64,000 nucleotides of DNA from Candidatus Omnitrophota bacterium (GCA_020341815.1 CP070837.1:892064-956063), one strand, 5' to 3'; counted from the stretch's first letter, positions 19,555 to 29,085 are shown. Notes: generated from the sequence alone by a model not told the origin. Numbers and translations: made by a program.

Positions 19555-20346
19555 CTATTTTCGCTCTTTTTTAATTATTTTCTCGCTCTTCCTCCCTTCT
19601 AATGCTGCCTCCATCAGGCCTTCCAGGGTTAAATTTTCATTAATCTTATTAATAGAGCGGCAATAAGGCAGCATTAAAGAAGCTCCGCCTCCTGTAGATA
19701 CGACATAAGGGCGCCCTTTTAATCCCTTTTTTAGTTCTTTTAATATCCCCTCTATCATAAAGCTATATCCGTAAACAAGCCCGCTTCTCATGCTGGAAAT
19801 CGTCTGGCGACCTAAAAGCGCCTTGGGGCGGCTTAGCTTTACCTCAGGCAATAAGTCGGCCTTGCCGGTTAAGGCCCTTAAGGAAAGCTCCATTCCGGGA
19901 ACAATCACCCCTCCCAGATAACCTCCTCTTGCCGTTACTACATCAAAGGTAACGGCAGTGCCAAAGTCCACCACAATTACCGGACCCGCATATCTCTTAA
20001 ATGCCGCCGCGGCATTGGCCAGCCTATCCTGACCGACTTCTTTCGGCTTTTTATAAAGATTCTTAATGGGGGCCGGGATATCCTCACCCAAAACCAGAGG
20101 CTTGGTCTTTAGAATAAGAAAAAGGGCCCGTTTAACTATCCTGGTAAGCTTAGGCACCACACTGCAAATGATAACCTCATCTATGGTATCAGCCTTCTGC
20201 TTTGCAAGAAGCTTTCTTAAAAGCTTTGTATAGTACTTAAGATTGGCTGCTTTATTAGTAGCCAGCCTCCAGGTGCGCATAAGCCTCTTTCCTTTAAATA
20301 GGCCCATCTTTATATTGGTGTTGCCGATATCCACTGCCAGAAGCAT
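19555..20346 (-). CDS. coaX: Type III pantothenate kinase
   Basis: MLLAVDIGNTNIKMGLF N-terminus and acetate/sugar-kinase fold motifs. Confidence 0.9.
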   Translation of the reverse strand: MLLAVDIGNTNIKMGLFKGKRLMRTWRLATNKAANLKYYTKLLRKLLAKQKADTIDEVIICSVVPKLTRIVKRALFLILKTKPLVLGEDIPAPIKNLYKKPKEVGQDRLANAAAAFKRYAGPVIVVDFGTAVTFDVVTARGGYLGGVIVPGMELSLRALTGKADLLPEVKLSRPKALLGRQTISSMRSGLVYGYSFMIEGILKELKKGLKGRPYVVSTGGGASLMLPYCRSINKINENLTLEGLMEAALEGRKSEKIIKKERK

Positions 20347-20403
20347 CTGTTTAAGTCCTTTTTAATAGACCTTTTACGAACAGGCGAAGGATTTGCTATG
20401 TGG

Positions 20404-20964
20404 TCACGTTATAATCTTAAGAATTTCATTTATACTAAGACCAAATTCTTTTGCCAAATTTATAAATAAACTTAAGAGTTGAACTACATTTGACACAGAG
20501 CCAAGTGAGCTTTTAAATCTTTGCAAGAAACTTCTTTCTTTACTCCCTTCTCTGTAACTAGGAAGTTTCTCATCAACTTTACTTTGAATATCAAGAAGCA
20601 TTTGAACATAAAAAGATTGGTTTTGCTGCTGACTTTGGCTTATGACTGTATTTGGACCACCACTAAAAGGTGCAGGTTCATTAGCAAAATACTCACCATG
20701 AAGGTTTGTAATTAAACCGCCTAACTTCTGTCGGTATGTAATAAGCGGCAAGGCTTCATTGCCGCTAGGTAAACGTTGAGGGTTAACACAAAAACGGTTA
20801 TAATCTTTTCCCGAAGTCTGGCTAACTAAGCTTACGCAGTTATTATATTGTTCCCATACAGATTTGTCGTATATATAAACATTGGGGTTTTCTGGAATTC
20901 CTGGTGCTTGTGAAAGATATCCTTGCAATTCTGAATATAAAGGTCTTAAGTTTTCTTTTTCCAT
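20404..20964 (-). CDS. Hypothetical protein, AT-rich island gene 2
   Basis: No recognisable family. Markedly lower GC than the flanking genes. Confidence 0.6.
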   Translation of the reverse strand: MEKENLRPLYSELQGYLSQAPGIPENPNVYIYDKSVWEQYNNCVSLVSQTSGKDYNRFCVNPQRLPSGNEALPLITYRQKLGGLITNLHGEYFANEPAPFSGGPNTVISQSQQQNQSFYVQMLLDIQSKVDEKLPSYREGSKERSFLQRFKSSLGSVSNVVQLLSLFINLAKEFGLSINEILKIIT

Positions 20965-21013
20965 GTAATTGTTCTCCTGAACCTAACTAAGGGTTTGCTA
21001 TGCGGACACTATT

Positions 21014-21718
21014 TTACAAATTCTTGAGATATCCAATCAAATTTTGTTGTATAATGGAGCGCCCTTTTAAAAAGCCTTTAAGAATACTATTTAATTGTGA
21101 AAGTCGTATAAATTTTTCTTCGTCGTCAAATTGATGCAAATTTTCTTTCATTATTAATAAATCATATTTTTTATTTGGAAATAAGGCTACTGCAACATAT
21201 GGAGCTCTTGAGTGTAGAAAAAGATTTCGATGTATGTCTAAAATAGCAAACCATTCATACGACTCCCCAGATTCTTCAATCATTTCTTGAATTCTTTTAC
21301 CGACATCTTTTTTTTGTAAGCTTTCACCGGTATGCAAATATATCTGTTGCAGAAACTTCGCCATTAATTCACAGCATGAATTAAATTCAAATAGAAAAGA
21401 ATCGATATCAATCAGTAACTTATATTTAAGTGTGTCATCGACCTTAAATGCATAACCAACTTTAGTCGGTGTTGAAATGTATTTATGATCTATGTTTGCT
21501 ATCTCTTTACATAATTTTCTATATTTTTCATTTATTCTCTTTATAATCCTAGGAAACATATTCGACCTGGTAGAAATAGATAACCCAAGTTGACCAAAAT
21601 CCTGGGGAAATTTTTTAATTTTTCCCCTCTTGAAGGCATCATTGATTGCTGAATAAATTGGTAAAACCCATGGATCACCACCCACTTCCATTATATGCAC
21701 CCACTGATTAATTTTCAT
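21014..21718 (-). CDS. Hypothetical protein, AT-rich island gene 1 (possible HEPN-like Rx4H motif RNLFLH)
   Basis: No recognisable family. AT-rich. An Rx4H motif lies in an alpha-helical-looking C-terminal half. Confidence 0.6.
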   Translation of the reverse strand: MKINQWVHIMEVGGDPWVLPIYSAINDAFKRGKIKKFPQDFGQLGLSISTRSNMFPRIIKRINEKYRKLCKEIANIDHKYISTPTKVGYAFKVDDTLKYKLLIDIDSFLFEFNSCCELMAKFLQQIYLHTGESLQKKDVGKRIQEMIEESGESYEWFAILDIHRNLFLHSRAPYVAVALFPNKKYDLLIMKENLHQFDDEEKFIRLSQLNSILKGFLKGRSIIQQNLIGYLKNL

Positions 21719-21973
21719 TATGCTATTTTTTCCTTCTATGAATTCTTTTCAAATCCTTCTTTTTCAGGCACAATTTTTACAAGTATTGGGGGTTATGGTT
21801 GGCTTGGTATGGTTCAAAGCGGGGTGTGTTTTGGTCGAGCGGGCAAGGTTTCGCTCTGTTTTGGAGCTCTGCGAAGAGCGAGACCAAAACCTCAAGCGAA
21901 GTTTTGCCACGCTGGGGCAAAACAAGCGTCCCCGCGTGAACCATGCCAAGTCAATCATTAACTCTACCTATCT

Positions 21974-23008
21974 TCACCCAGCCCTCCCAATCTCAACCGC
22001 CAGTTTAATCGCCTCTATCATTGAGCCGGGATTGGCCTTGTTCTTTCCTGCTATATTGTAAGCGGTTCCGTGGTCGGGTGAAGTGCGCACAAAAGGAAGC
22101 CCCAGGGTAAGATTTACCCCCTGATGAAAGGCCTGCATCTTCAAAGGAATTAGCCCCTGGTCATGATACATAGCCACCACAGCGTCAAATTTACCCTGCA
22201 GGGCGGAATAAAAAATAGTGTCTGATGGCAAGGGCCCCTCTATAGAAGCTAAAGCTTTTGCCTTTATTACTGCCGGCCGGATAATCTTGATCTCCTCCTG
22301 CCCCAAGGTCCCTTCATCCCCGCTATGGGGATTCAGGCCGCAAACAGCAATACGCGGACGGCGAATTCCAAAGTATTGCTTAAGGTAAGAGGCGCTCAAG
22401 GCTAAGGTCTCATATATCTTCTCTGTGCTTAAAGACCCGGCCACTTCTTTTAAGGGGACGTGCCTGGTTACCAGTACTACTTTAAGAGGCCCTCCTATTA
22501 ACATCATAGCAAACTTTTTGGTTTTTGTGGCCCGGGCAAGATATTCCGTATGTCCCGTAAAGACTTCGTCCACGGGACTACCCCGTGATGCGCAGCATTT
22601 TACGGGGTGCCCTTGGAAGAAAGTTCCTGTCTGGCTGATGGTATGCTTATTCACCGGCGCAGTTACCAGGACATCTATCTTTTTGGCTTTAACCAACCTT
22701 AAAGCCTCATCGATGCAATCCAAGGCCAATCTTCCATAAGCCGGGGTGCCGCGGCCAAAGACTAAACGCGATGTCTCCCCCACATCCGATAAAGCGACAT
22801 CCTTATTTAGCTTTATTCTGCACTTTCTGGCTGTCTGTTCCATTACTGAGGAGTTGCCGATAATCAGGAAGTTCGCTAGTTTCTGGACACTCTTGTCCCT
22901 AAGGGCCTTAAGAATTACTTCCGGCCCGATGCCGGCGGCATCTCCCATGGTAATACCACAGGTCAATTTATCTTTATATAAGCGCTTTGCTTTAATTCTC
23001 CCACCCAT
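21974..23008 (-). CDS. pdxA: 4-hydroxythreonine-4-phosphate dehydrogenase
   Basis: ITMGDAAGIGPEV and HSGDEGTLG motifs. Confidence 0.9.
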   Translation of the reverse strand: MGGRIKAKRLYKDKLTCGITMGDAAGIGPEVILKALRDKSVQKLANFLIIGNSSVMEQTARKCRIKLNKDVALSDVGETSRLVFGRGTPAYGRLALDCIDEALRLVKAKKIDVLVTAPVNKHTISQTGTFFQGHPVKCCASRGSPVDEVFTGHTEYLARATKTKKFAMMLIGGPLKVVLVTRHVPLKEVAGSLSTEKIYETLALSASYLKQYFGIRRPRIAVCGLNPHSGDEGTLGQEEIKIIRPAVIKAKALASIEGPLPSDTIFYSALQGKFDAVVAMYHDQGLIPLKMQAFHQGVNLTLGLPFVRTSPDHGTAYNIAGKNKANPGSMIEAIKLAVEIGRAG

Positions 23009-23889
23009 TCTCTAAACAACTCCACAAACTTTTCTTTATAGAGAAACTCTCTGATTATATCCTGGCTTTCCGAAAAATCCAGAGGCTCAGCGGGTTCTTT
23101 CTTATCCACCTTAAAAATACGATACCCCTGAGGACTCTTTATTACATCGCTAAACTCACCAATCTGCAGGCTAAAAATAGCCTTATCTATCTCTTCAATT
23201 AACTGGTCCTTCTGCACAACACCCAAATCCCGCTCCAATTCCTCAAAGGTTTCGCCATTTCTCAGGCGCTCAAGAATACTCTTGGCCTTTTGCAAGGCCG
23301 CGTATTCACTCTGCTGTTCATCCTTCTGGATAAAGATGCTTTTGACGTGGGCCTTCTCGGGCCGTTTAAGTTCGCTTTTGTGCGACTGATAAAATTTCTC
23401 TATCTCTATGGGGTCAATTTTGATTTTAGACCTTACAAAATAATCAACGGCCTTTTTCATAGTCTCCTGGGCGCTAAATCTATCCCGCAGGTCTCCTAAC
23501 GTAAGGCCCTGGTCTTCGATGGCCCACTCAAAGTCCCGTTCGCTGGGAAAGGTCTGCTTGATTTGCTCTATGCGCGCATCTATCACGCTCTCATCAATCT
23601 TGATATCATATTTTTTGGTCTCACAGAGGATAAGCTTTTCCTCCAGCATCTGACTAATAACGTTTTCTTTTGCCTGAAGAAACTTCTCGCTAAACTCCTC
23701 GGGATCCGTATAAATGATTTTGTATTCGGTCTCAATTGTAGCTAAGACTCTGTCCACATCCGTCTGGGCAATTACTTCATCATTTACAACGGCAACTATT
23801 CTGTCGATTGTCTCTGCCGCCAAAGGCTGCATAAAAAGTAAACCCAAGCTCAAGATCAACAAAATCTGTAATTTATTTTGTCTAGTCAT
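22963..23889 (-). CDS. surA: SurA-like periplasmic chaperone/peptidyl-prolyl isomerase
   Basis: Signal peptide, SurA N-terminal-like domain and PpiC-type PPIase (SPQGYRIFKV). surA-pdxA synteny as in enterics. Confidence 0.7.
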   Translation of the reverse strand: MTRQNKLQILLILSLGLLFMQPLAAETIDRIVAVVNDEVIAQTDVDRVLATIETEYKIIYTDPEEFSEKFLQAKENVISQMLEEKLILCETKKYDIKIDESVIDARIEQIKQTFPSERDFEWAIEDQGLTLGDLRDRFSAQETMKKAVDYFVRSKIKIDPIEIEKFYQSHKSELKRPEKAHVKSIFIQKDEQQSEYAALQKAKSILERLRNGETFEELERDLGVVQKDQLIEEIDKAIFSLQIGEFSDVIKSPQGYRIFKVDKKEPAEPLDFSESQDIIREFLYKEKFVELFREWVGELKQSAYIKIN

Positions 23890-25783
23890 TTTTGGAAACC
23901 TCGCTTATAGTCTCTCTGAGTAAACGGCAGTACAGGTCGAAACCTACAGCCTGAATCCAGCCGTGTTGCTGCGTACCCAGGAGGTTGCCTGCTCCGCGAA
24001 TCTGCAGGTCTTCCAGGGCAATCTTAAATCCCGAACCAAGCGCAGCAAAACGCTCAATTGCCTTAAGCCGCTTTAAGGCAGTCTCTCCCCAGGCATACTT
24101 GCGCGGAATAAGAAAGTAGGCGTAGGCCTTATATTTAAAGCGCCCGACTCTGCCCCTTAACTGGTAAAGCTCAGCCAGGCCAAAGCGGTCGGCGCGGTTG
24201 ACAATAAGTGTGTTGGCATTGGGTATATCGATACCCGACTCTACTATTGTGGTAGAGACCAATACATCGATATTGCCCTTGATAAATGATAGCATAATTT
24301 CTTCAAGCTCTCTCTCGGCCATCTGGCCATGAGCGCTTGCGATTTTTGCCTGCGGGACAATAGTCTCAATTCTTTTGGTAACCTTATCTATATCCTTGAC
24401 CCTGTTATGGATGAAAAAACACTGGCCGTGCCGGGTGAGTTCTTTGTTTATACTCCTTTTGATTAAATCCTCATCATATTCTACGACACGCGTCTCAATA
24501 GGCACTCTGCCCAGGGGCGGCGTATTTATTATGGACATATCACGCGCGCCCATCAGGGACATATATAAGGTGCGCGGGATAGGCGTAGCAGTCAGGGTCA
24601 ATACATCCACCAGGAGCCTGAAGCGTTTCAGGCTCTCTTTGTGCTTTACGCCGAAACGCTGCTCTTCATCGATAATAACCAGCCCTAAATCCTTAAATTT
24701 TATATCCGCCGAAAGCAACCTATGGGTGCCGATGATTATATCTACCTTACCCGCTCTGATCTCAGCAATAATCGCATCCTGCTCTTTAGCGCTTTTGAAT
24801 CTGCTGAGCATCTGCACATTTAGGGGAAAATCCTTCAGCCTCTGGCTGAAGGTATAATAGTGCTGCTCGGCAAGGATAGTGGTGGGCACAAGCATTGCCA
24901 CCTGTTTATTATCCATTACCGCCTTAAAAGCGGCGCGCAGGGCAACCTCTGTTTTTCCGTATCCCACCTCCCCGCAAATCAACCTGTCCATGGGCCGTTC
25001 GGACTCCATATCCCGTTTCACCTGGCGCATAGATTCAGTCTGGTCGGGCGTATCCTGATAAGGAAAAGACTTCTCCAGCTGTCTCTGCCAATCATTGTCG
25101 CGAGCAAAGCGATGTCCCTTTAAGGCATAACGGGCCGCCTGCATCCTTAAAAGTTCCGTAGCCATCGAAACAATACCCTTTTTGGTTCTGTTTTTTATGC
25201 CCTGCCAGGTCTTTGTGCCCAGCTTGGAAAGCTTCAAAGGACGCCTGCCGAGAAAAGCAATATATTTGTTGACCAGGTGCATCTCGCCGGTGGGCACATA
25301 AAGCTTATCCCCATCGGCATATTCAATCAGCATATGGTCAAGGTACTTTCCCCCTGACTTTATCTTTTTTATTCCCTGATACCTGCCGATGCCGTGATTG
25401 ACATGGACCACATAATCGCCCAGCTCCATATCAAGGAAATTATCAATGGGCAGCTTCTGTCCCAGATGGGCATAATTTTTTTTGACCTGGCCGTTTTTGA
25501 AAACATAGCGCGGCAGGATAATCACCAGATTATGCCTGTCCAGGGTTCGGCCGGAAATTACATCAAAACTGCGGATAGAGTTTATCCGCTCACCCATAAA
25601 CTCAAGACGCACCGGCCCTTCAAAGGTTACCGGAAAGATATCCAGTATTCCCCCGCGCAGGCAAAAGTCGCCCTCCTGATTAACCTCTGCAGAGGATTGA
25701 TAATTATATTCCACCAGGGTACGGACTAAGTCTTTAGGCGGGATACTTTCTTTAACATATAGTTTAAGAGAGGAAAACATCAC
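23882..25783 (-). CDS. mfd: Transcription-repair coupling factor Mfd, N-terminally truncated form (633 aa; lacks the D1a/D2 UvrB-homology module)
   Basis: CarD-like RNAP-interaction domain (DYVVHVNHGIGRY) and SF2 helicase motifs (GYGKTEVA, DEEQRFGV, QLRGRVGR). The start abuts the argS stop, so there is no room for the missing N-terminus. Confidence 0.8.
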   Translation of the reverse strand: MMFSSLKLYVKESIPPKDLVRTLVEYNYQSSAEVNQEGDFCLRGGILDIFPVTFEGPVRLEFMGERINSIRSFDVISGRTLDRHNLVIILPRYVFKNGQVKKNYAHLGQKLPIDNFLDMELGDYVVHVNHGIGRYQGIKKIKSGGKYLDHMLIEYADGDKLYVPTGEMHLVNKYIAFLGRRPLKLSKLGTKTWQGIKNRTKKGIVSMATELLRMQAARYALKGHRFARDNDWQRQLEKSFPYQDTPDQTESMRQVKRDMESERPMDRLICGEVGYGKTEVALRAAFKAVMDNKQVAMLVPTTILAEQHYYTFSQRLKDFPLNVQMLSRFKSAKEQDAIIAEIRAGKVDIIIGTHRLLSADIKFKDLGLVIIDEEQRFGVKHKESLKRFRLLVDVLTLTATPIPRTLYMSLMGARDMSIINTPPLGRVPIETRVVEYDEDLIKRSINKELTRHGQCFFIHNRVKDIDKVTKRIETIVPQAKIASAHGQMAERELEEIMLSFIKGNIDVLVSTTIVESGIDIPNANTLIVNRADRFGLAELYQLRGRVGRFKYKAYAYFLIPRKYAWGETALKRLKAIERFAALGSGFKIALEDLQIRGAGNLLGTQQHGWIQAVGFDLYCRLLRETISEVSKND

Positions 25784-27462
25784 ATCTTCTCTGGCGTCGA
25801 GACGGATAAAAGGCGCAATCCATTATTAAGAACAATCCTTGCCGCATCCGCCAATACTAATCTGGCGGAAGTAAGCTGCGCCTCATCCGTGACTACCTTA
25901 TGTTTCTCATAATAATGATGAAAGGCCCGGGCAAGCTCCTGTAAATAAGCAGTAATTCCGTGCGGCTCGAGATTAAGCGCGCAGGAAGCTACCATAGTCG
26001 AAAACTTGCCCAATACCTGAACAAGATTCAATTCCTCCGGTTTATTCAGTAAGGACAAATCCACTTTTTTATCGATAACTCTTTTGTAACCTTCGGCGCT
26101 TTTTGCAAACTTTAAGATATTTACGATGCGGGCATGGGCATACTGAATATAATAGACCGGGTTCTCCAGCGAGTGCTTCTTAGCCAGCTCTAAATCAAAC
26201 TGCAGGTGCGAGTCTCGTTTTCTCATCAGAAAGAAAAACCTGGCCATATCCTTGCCCACCGCCTGAATAATATCGCGCAGGCTGACAAATTGTCCCTGCC
26301 TTGTAGACATGGGGATAATTTTATCGGCGGAAGACAAACTAACAAGCTGAACTATTAAAACTTCCAAACACTTAACATCGTGCCCCAGGGCGCTGACTAC
26401 GGCCTTGATTCGAGGGATATAGCCGTGGTGGTCGGGCCCCCAGACATTGAGCATTTTGGAAAAACGGCGTTTGTATTTAGTCTGGTGATAAGCGATATCG
26501 GGAGCTATATAAGTAAGCGTAGAGTCGCTTTTAATCGCTACCCTGTCTTTATCATCTCCGAATCTGCTGGTAGCCAGCCACCAGGCGCCTTCTTTTTGAT
26601 AGAGAAAGCCTTTTTTCTTCAGGAACTCCAAGACGTTAGCAATCTTGCCTGTTTTGTTTAGATGCCTCTGGCTAAACCAACAATCGTATTCTACTCCGAA
26701 CTCTTTTAATTCTTCTTTTATTTCTTTTAGTATCTTGCTGTAAGCAAAGCGGGAAAAAAAGGATAGGTTTTTATCGGCATCTTTGGTGAGTTTGCGGCCG
26801 TATTTTTGCACAAGCTCACCTGCCAAGTCATCAATATATTTTCCCCTGTATCCTGCCTGAGGGAACTCTGCCGCCAACCCCAGAAGCTGAAAATATTTAG
26901 CGCGAACCGAAGCGCCCAAAATATCTATCTGCACCCCTTCGTCGTTCAGGTAATACTCCCTGAACACCCTGTATCCTGAAAACTGCAAAATATTTGCCAG
27001 GGTATCGCCAAATGCCGCCTGGCGAGCGTGGGCTACATTAAGGGGGCCTGTGGGATTGGCGCTGACAAACTCCAGATGAACCTTTTTGCCCTTGCCGAGT
27101 GATGTCCGGCCGAAATTACTTTTTTTCTTTCTTATCTCCAGGAGAACCCGATACAGATAGTCCTTGCTCAGGAAGAAATTCAGAAAACCTCCCCCGGCAA
27201 CCTCAACCCTTTCGATCTCCCCGCCAAGCATTGAACGCTTTAGCTCCTCTTCGAGCGCCTGGCGCATCTTGCGGGCAATTTCTAAAGGGGGTTTGCCCGT
27301 TTTTTGGGCAATACTTAAGGCAATATTACAAGAGATATCTCCAAATTTCTTAAGCCTGGGGCGGGATAGCGTTATAGAAAGAACTTCCTTCAATAGGCTA
27401 AACTCCTCGCTCTTTTTTATTACTTTTTTAAGCAGTTCTTCTATTCTTTTCTCGATATCCAT
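25780..27462 (-). CDS. argS: Arginine--tRNA ligase
   Basis: Full-length ArgS with an anticodon-binding DALR C-terminus. Confidence 0.95.
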   Translation of the reverse strand: MDIEKRIEELLKKVIKKSEEFSLLKEVLSITLSRPRLKKFGDISCNIALSIAQKTGKPPLEIARKMRQALEEELKRSMLGGEIERVEVAGGGFLNFFLSKDYLYRVLLEIRKKKSNFGRTSLGKGKKVHLEFVSANPTGPLNVAHARQAAFGDTLANILQFSGYRVFREYYLNDEGVQIDILGASVRAKYFQLLGLAAEFPQAGYRGKYIDDLAGELVQKYGRKLTKDADKNLSFFSRFAYSKILKEIKEELKEFGVEYDCWFSQRHLNKTGKIANVLEFLKKKGFLYQKEGAWWLATSRFGDDKDRVAIKSDSTLTYIAPDIAYHQTKYKRRFSKMLNVWGPDHHGYIPRIKAVVSALGHDVKCLEVLIVQLVSLSSADKIIPMSTRQGQFVSLRDIIQAVGKDMARFFFLMRKRDSHLQFDLELAKKHSLENPVYYIQYAHARIVNILKFAKSAEGYKRVIDKKVDLSLLNKPEELNLVQVLGKFSTMVASCALNLEPHGITAYLQELARAFHHYYEKHKVVTDEAQLTSARLVLADAARIVLNNGLRLLSVSTPEKM

Positions 27463-27495
27463 GTTATGAACACCCGGAGAGTGAATTTTTTAGGA

Positions 27496-28584
27496 TTATT
27501 GGGGTAGCGCAAGCCCCTGCGCCTTCAAAAAGGCATTAACGACTCTGGGATCAAATTGCGTGCCGGAACACCTTTTTAATTCGCTACAGGCCTCTTCGCT
27601 GGAAAAAGCTTTGCGGTAGGGACGGCGGGAAACCATAGCTTCATAGGCATCGGCCACAGCCAAAATTCGCGAGCCGATAGGAATCTTTCTATATCTCATA
27701 TTTTTATCGGGATATCCACCGCCTGCGTAACGGGCATGGTGATGCAAAATTATGGGCACCAGATTACTTAAGCTGCCGATATTATTGATTATTTTCGCAC
27801 CTACCCGGGGATGTCTATAGATACTCCTCCACTCGGTTTTACTGAGCTTCCCGGGCTTTCTTAGTGTATTGATATCAACGCAGACTTTACCTAAATCGTG
27901 AAGATAGCCCGCATATTGCAGGGCGTCTTTCTGTAGCTCAGACAGCCTCAATTCAGAGGCAATCTCCAAAGCCAGGGCCGCTACTTTTTCTGAGTGGCCG
28001 GCGGTGCAGGAGTCTTTGGCATCCAGGGCATTTGCCAGAAATTTTATGGCGCCGATATAATTCTCGCGCGCCTTTTCATATAATCTGGCATTAGAAATAG
28101 AAACTGAAGCACCCGCGGCAAAAATGGAAAGAAGCTTGACGTCCTCTTTATGAAAATGATGAGGAGCTTCGCTGTAAACACTCAAGACCCCGAAGGCCTT
28201 ACCTCTGTCCACCAAAGGCACCGATAGAAGCGAACGCAAATTTTCCTTCTGAGCAATAAAGGCATGTTGATAGCGGGAATCTTTAAATAAGTCCTTGACG
28301 ATATAGTAGTGATTTTCCTTTACTACCCTGCCGGCAATACTTTCACCGACTTTTATGCCGCCCTTACGCAGGTGAGAACGCTTATCTAACCCATAATGAG
28401 CCTTGAGAATTAATTCCTTCTTATTTCTATGAAGTAATCTTAAGGAACACCCTTCAGCCTGCATAATTTGGCAGGCCTTTTTGGTTATCAGCTTCAATAC
28501 CTGACTCAACTTCAAGCTTGAGGTGATAGATTTATTTATCTCATAAAGCGCTGTAAACTCTTCAGTCTGATTATTTCGAGCCAT
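27496..28584 (-). CDS. GAF-domain HD-GYP phosphodiesterase (c-di-GMP hydrolase family)
   Basis: N-terminal GAF. HD motifs (HSEKVA, LHDLGKV) and HHHARYAGGGYPD. Confidence 0.8.
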   Translation of the reverse strand: MARNNQTEEFTALYEINKSITSSLKLSQVLKLITKKACQIMQAEGCSLRLLHRNKKELILKAHYGLDKRSHLRKGGIKVGESIAGRVVKENHYYIVKDLFKDSRYQHAFIAQKENLRSLLSVPLVDRGKAFGVLSVYSEAPHHFHKEDVKLLSIFAAGASVSISNARLYEKARENYIGAIKFLANALDAKDSCTAGHSEKVAALALEIASELRLSELQKDALQYAGYLHDLGKVCVDINTLRKPGKLSKTEWRSIYRHPRVGAKIINNIGSLSNLVPIILHHHARYAGGGYPDKNMRYRKIPIGSRILAVADAYEAMVSRRPYRKAFSSEEACSELKRCSGTQFDPRVVNAFLKAQGLALPQ

Positions 28585-28990
28585 GGTCTTTTAAAGTTAT
28601 CTGCGGGACATCCCCCCACAAGCGTTCCAGATCGTAAAAATCTCTAACGGGAGCGTGGAAAACATGTACCACTATATCGCCGCAATCCAATAATACCCAA
28701 AGCGCGTGGTTATATCCCTCGATATGTCCGGCTCTTTGCCCTTGCTCTTTTAGCCTCTCAATAATATGATCGGATATAGCTTTAACCTGGCGGGCCGAAG
28801 TGCCGCTACAGATAATAAAAAAATCTGTAATGCCGGAGGCCTTCCTTATATCCAATATTACTATATCCTGCGCCTTTTTGTCCTGGGCAGTTTTAGCGAT
28901 AAACAGCGCTTTGGAACGGGACTTTATTTTGCCACCCCTTCCAGTTAACCCTTCATAATCCTGAAAAGAGAGGTCCCGCATACGGGGCAT
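28571..28990 (-). CDS. rsfS: Ribosome silencing factor RsfS (Iojap)
   Basis: DIVILDIRK...FFIICSG signature. The 5' end overlaps the small zinc-ribbon ORF, so the true start is uncertain. Confidence 0.8.
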   Translation of the reverse strand: MPRMRDLSFQDYEGLTGRGGKIKSRSKALFIAKTAQDKKAQDIVILDIRKASGITDFFIICSGTSARQVKAISDHIIERLKEQGQRAGHIEGYNHALWVLLDCGDIVVHVFHAPVRDFYDLERLWGDVPQITLKDHGSK

Positions 28991-29085
28991 TTGCCCTTCA
29001 TTGCCTTGCGACCGTTCTTCAAGGTCACCTCTTTGGCATCCTTCATTTCCTTCTTGGCTTTACACTTGACACAATATGCTTGCAT
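28945..29085 (-). CDS. Unannotated 46 aa zinc-ribbon protein (DUF5679-like: MQAYCVKCKAKKEMKDAKEVTLKNGRKAMKGKCPVCGTSLFRIMKG)
   Basis: Strong RBS AAAAGGAGGTGTAAG-ATG. CxxC...CxxC motif. Not in the ORF track because it is shorter than 60 aa. Confidence 0.6.
   Translation of the reverse strand: MQAYCVKCKAKKEMKDAKEVTLKNGRKAMKGKCPVCGTSLFRIMKG

Noticed and set aside
21695-22061. Plus-strand ORFs of 88 and 113 aa in the GC-rich junction region
   Set aside because: They overlap each other and the pdxA 3' end, with no start context. The region is better explained as structured non-coding DNA.
28981-28990. Choosing between Met1 and Met4 as the rsfS start
   Set aside because: Not resolvable from sequence alone because of the overlap with the DUF5679-like ORF. 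Left at the ORF-track start and flagged.
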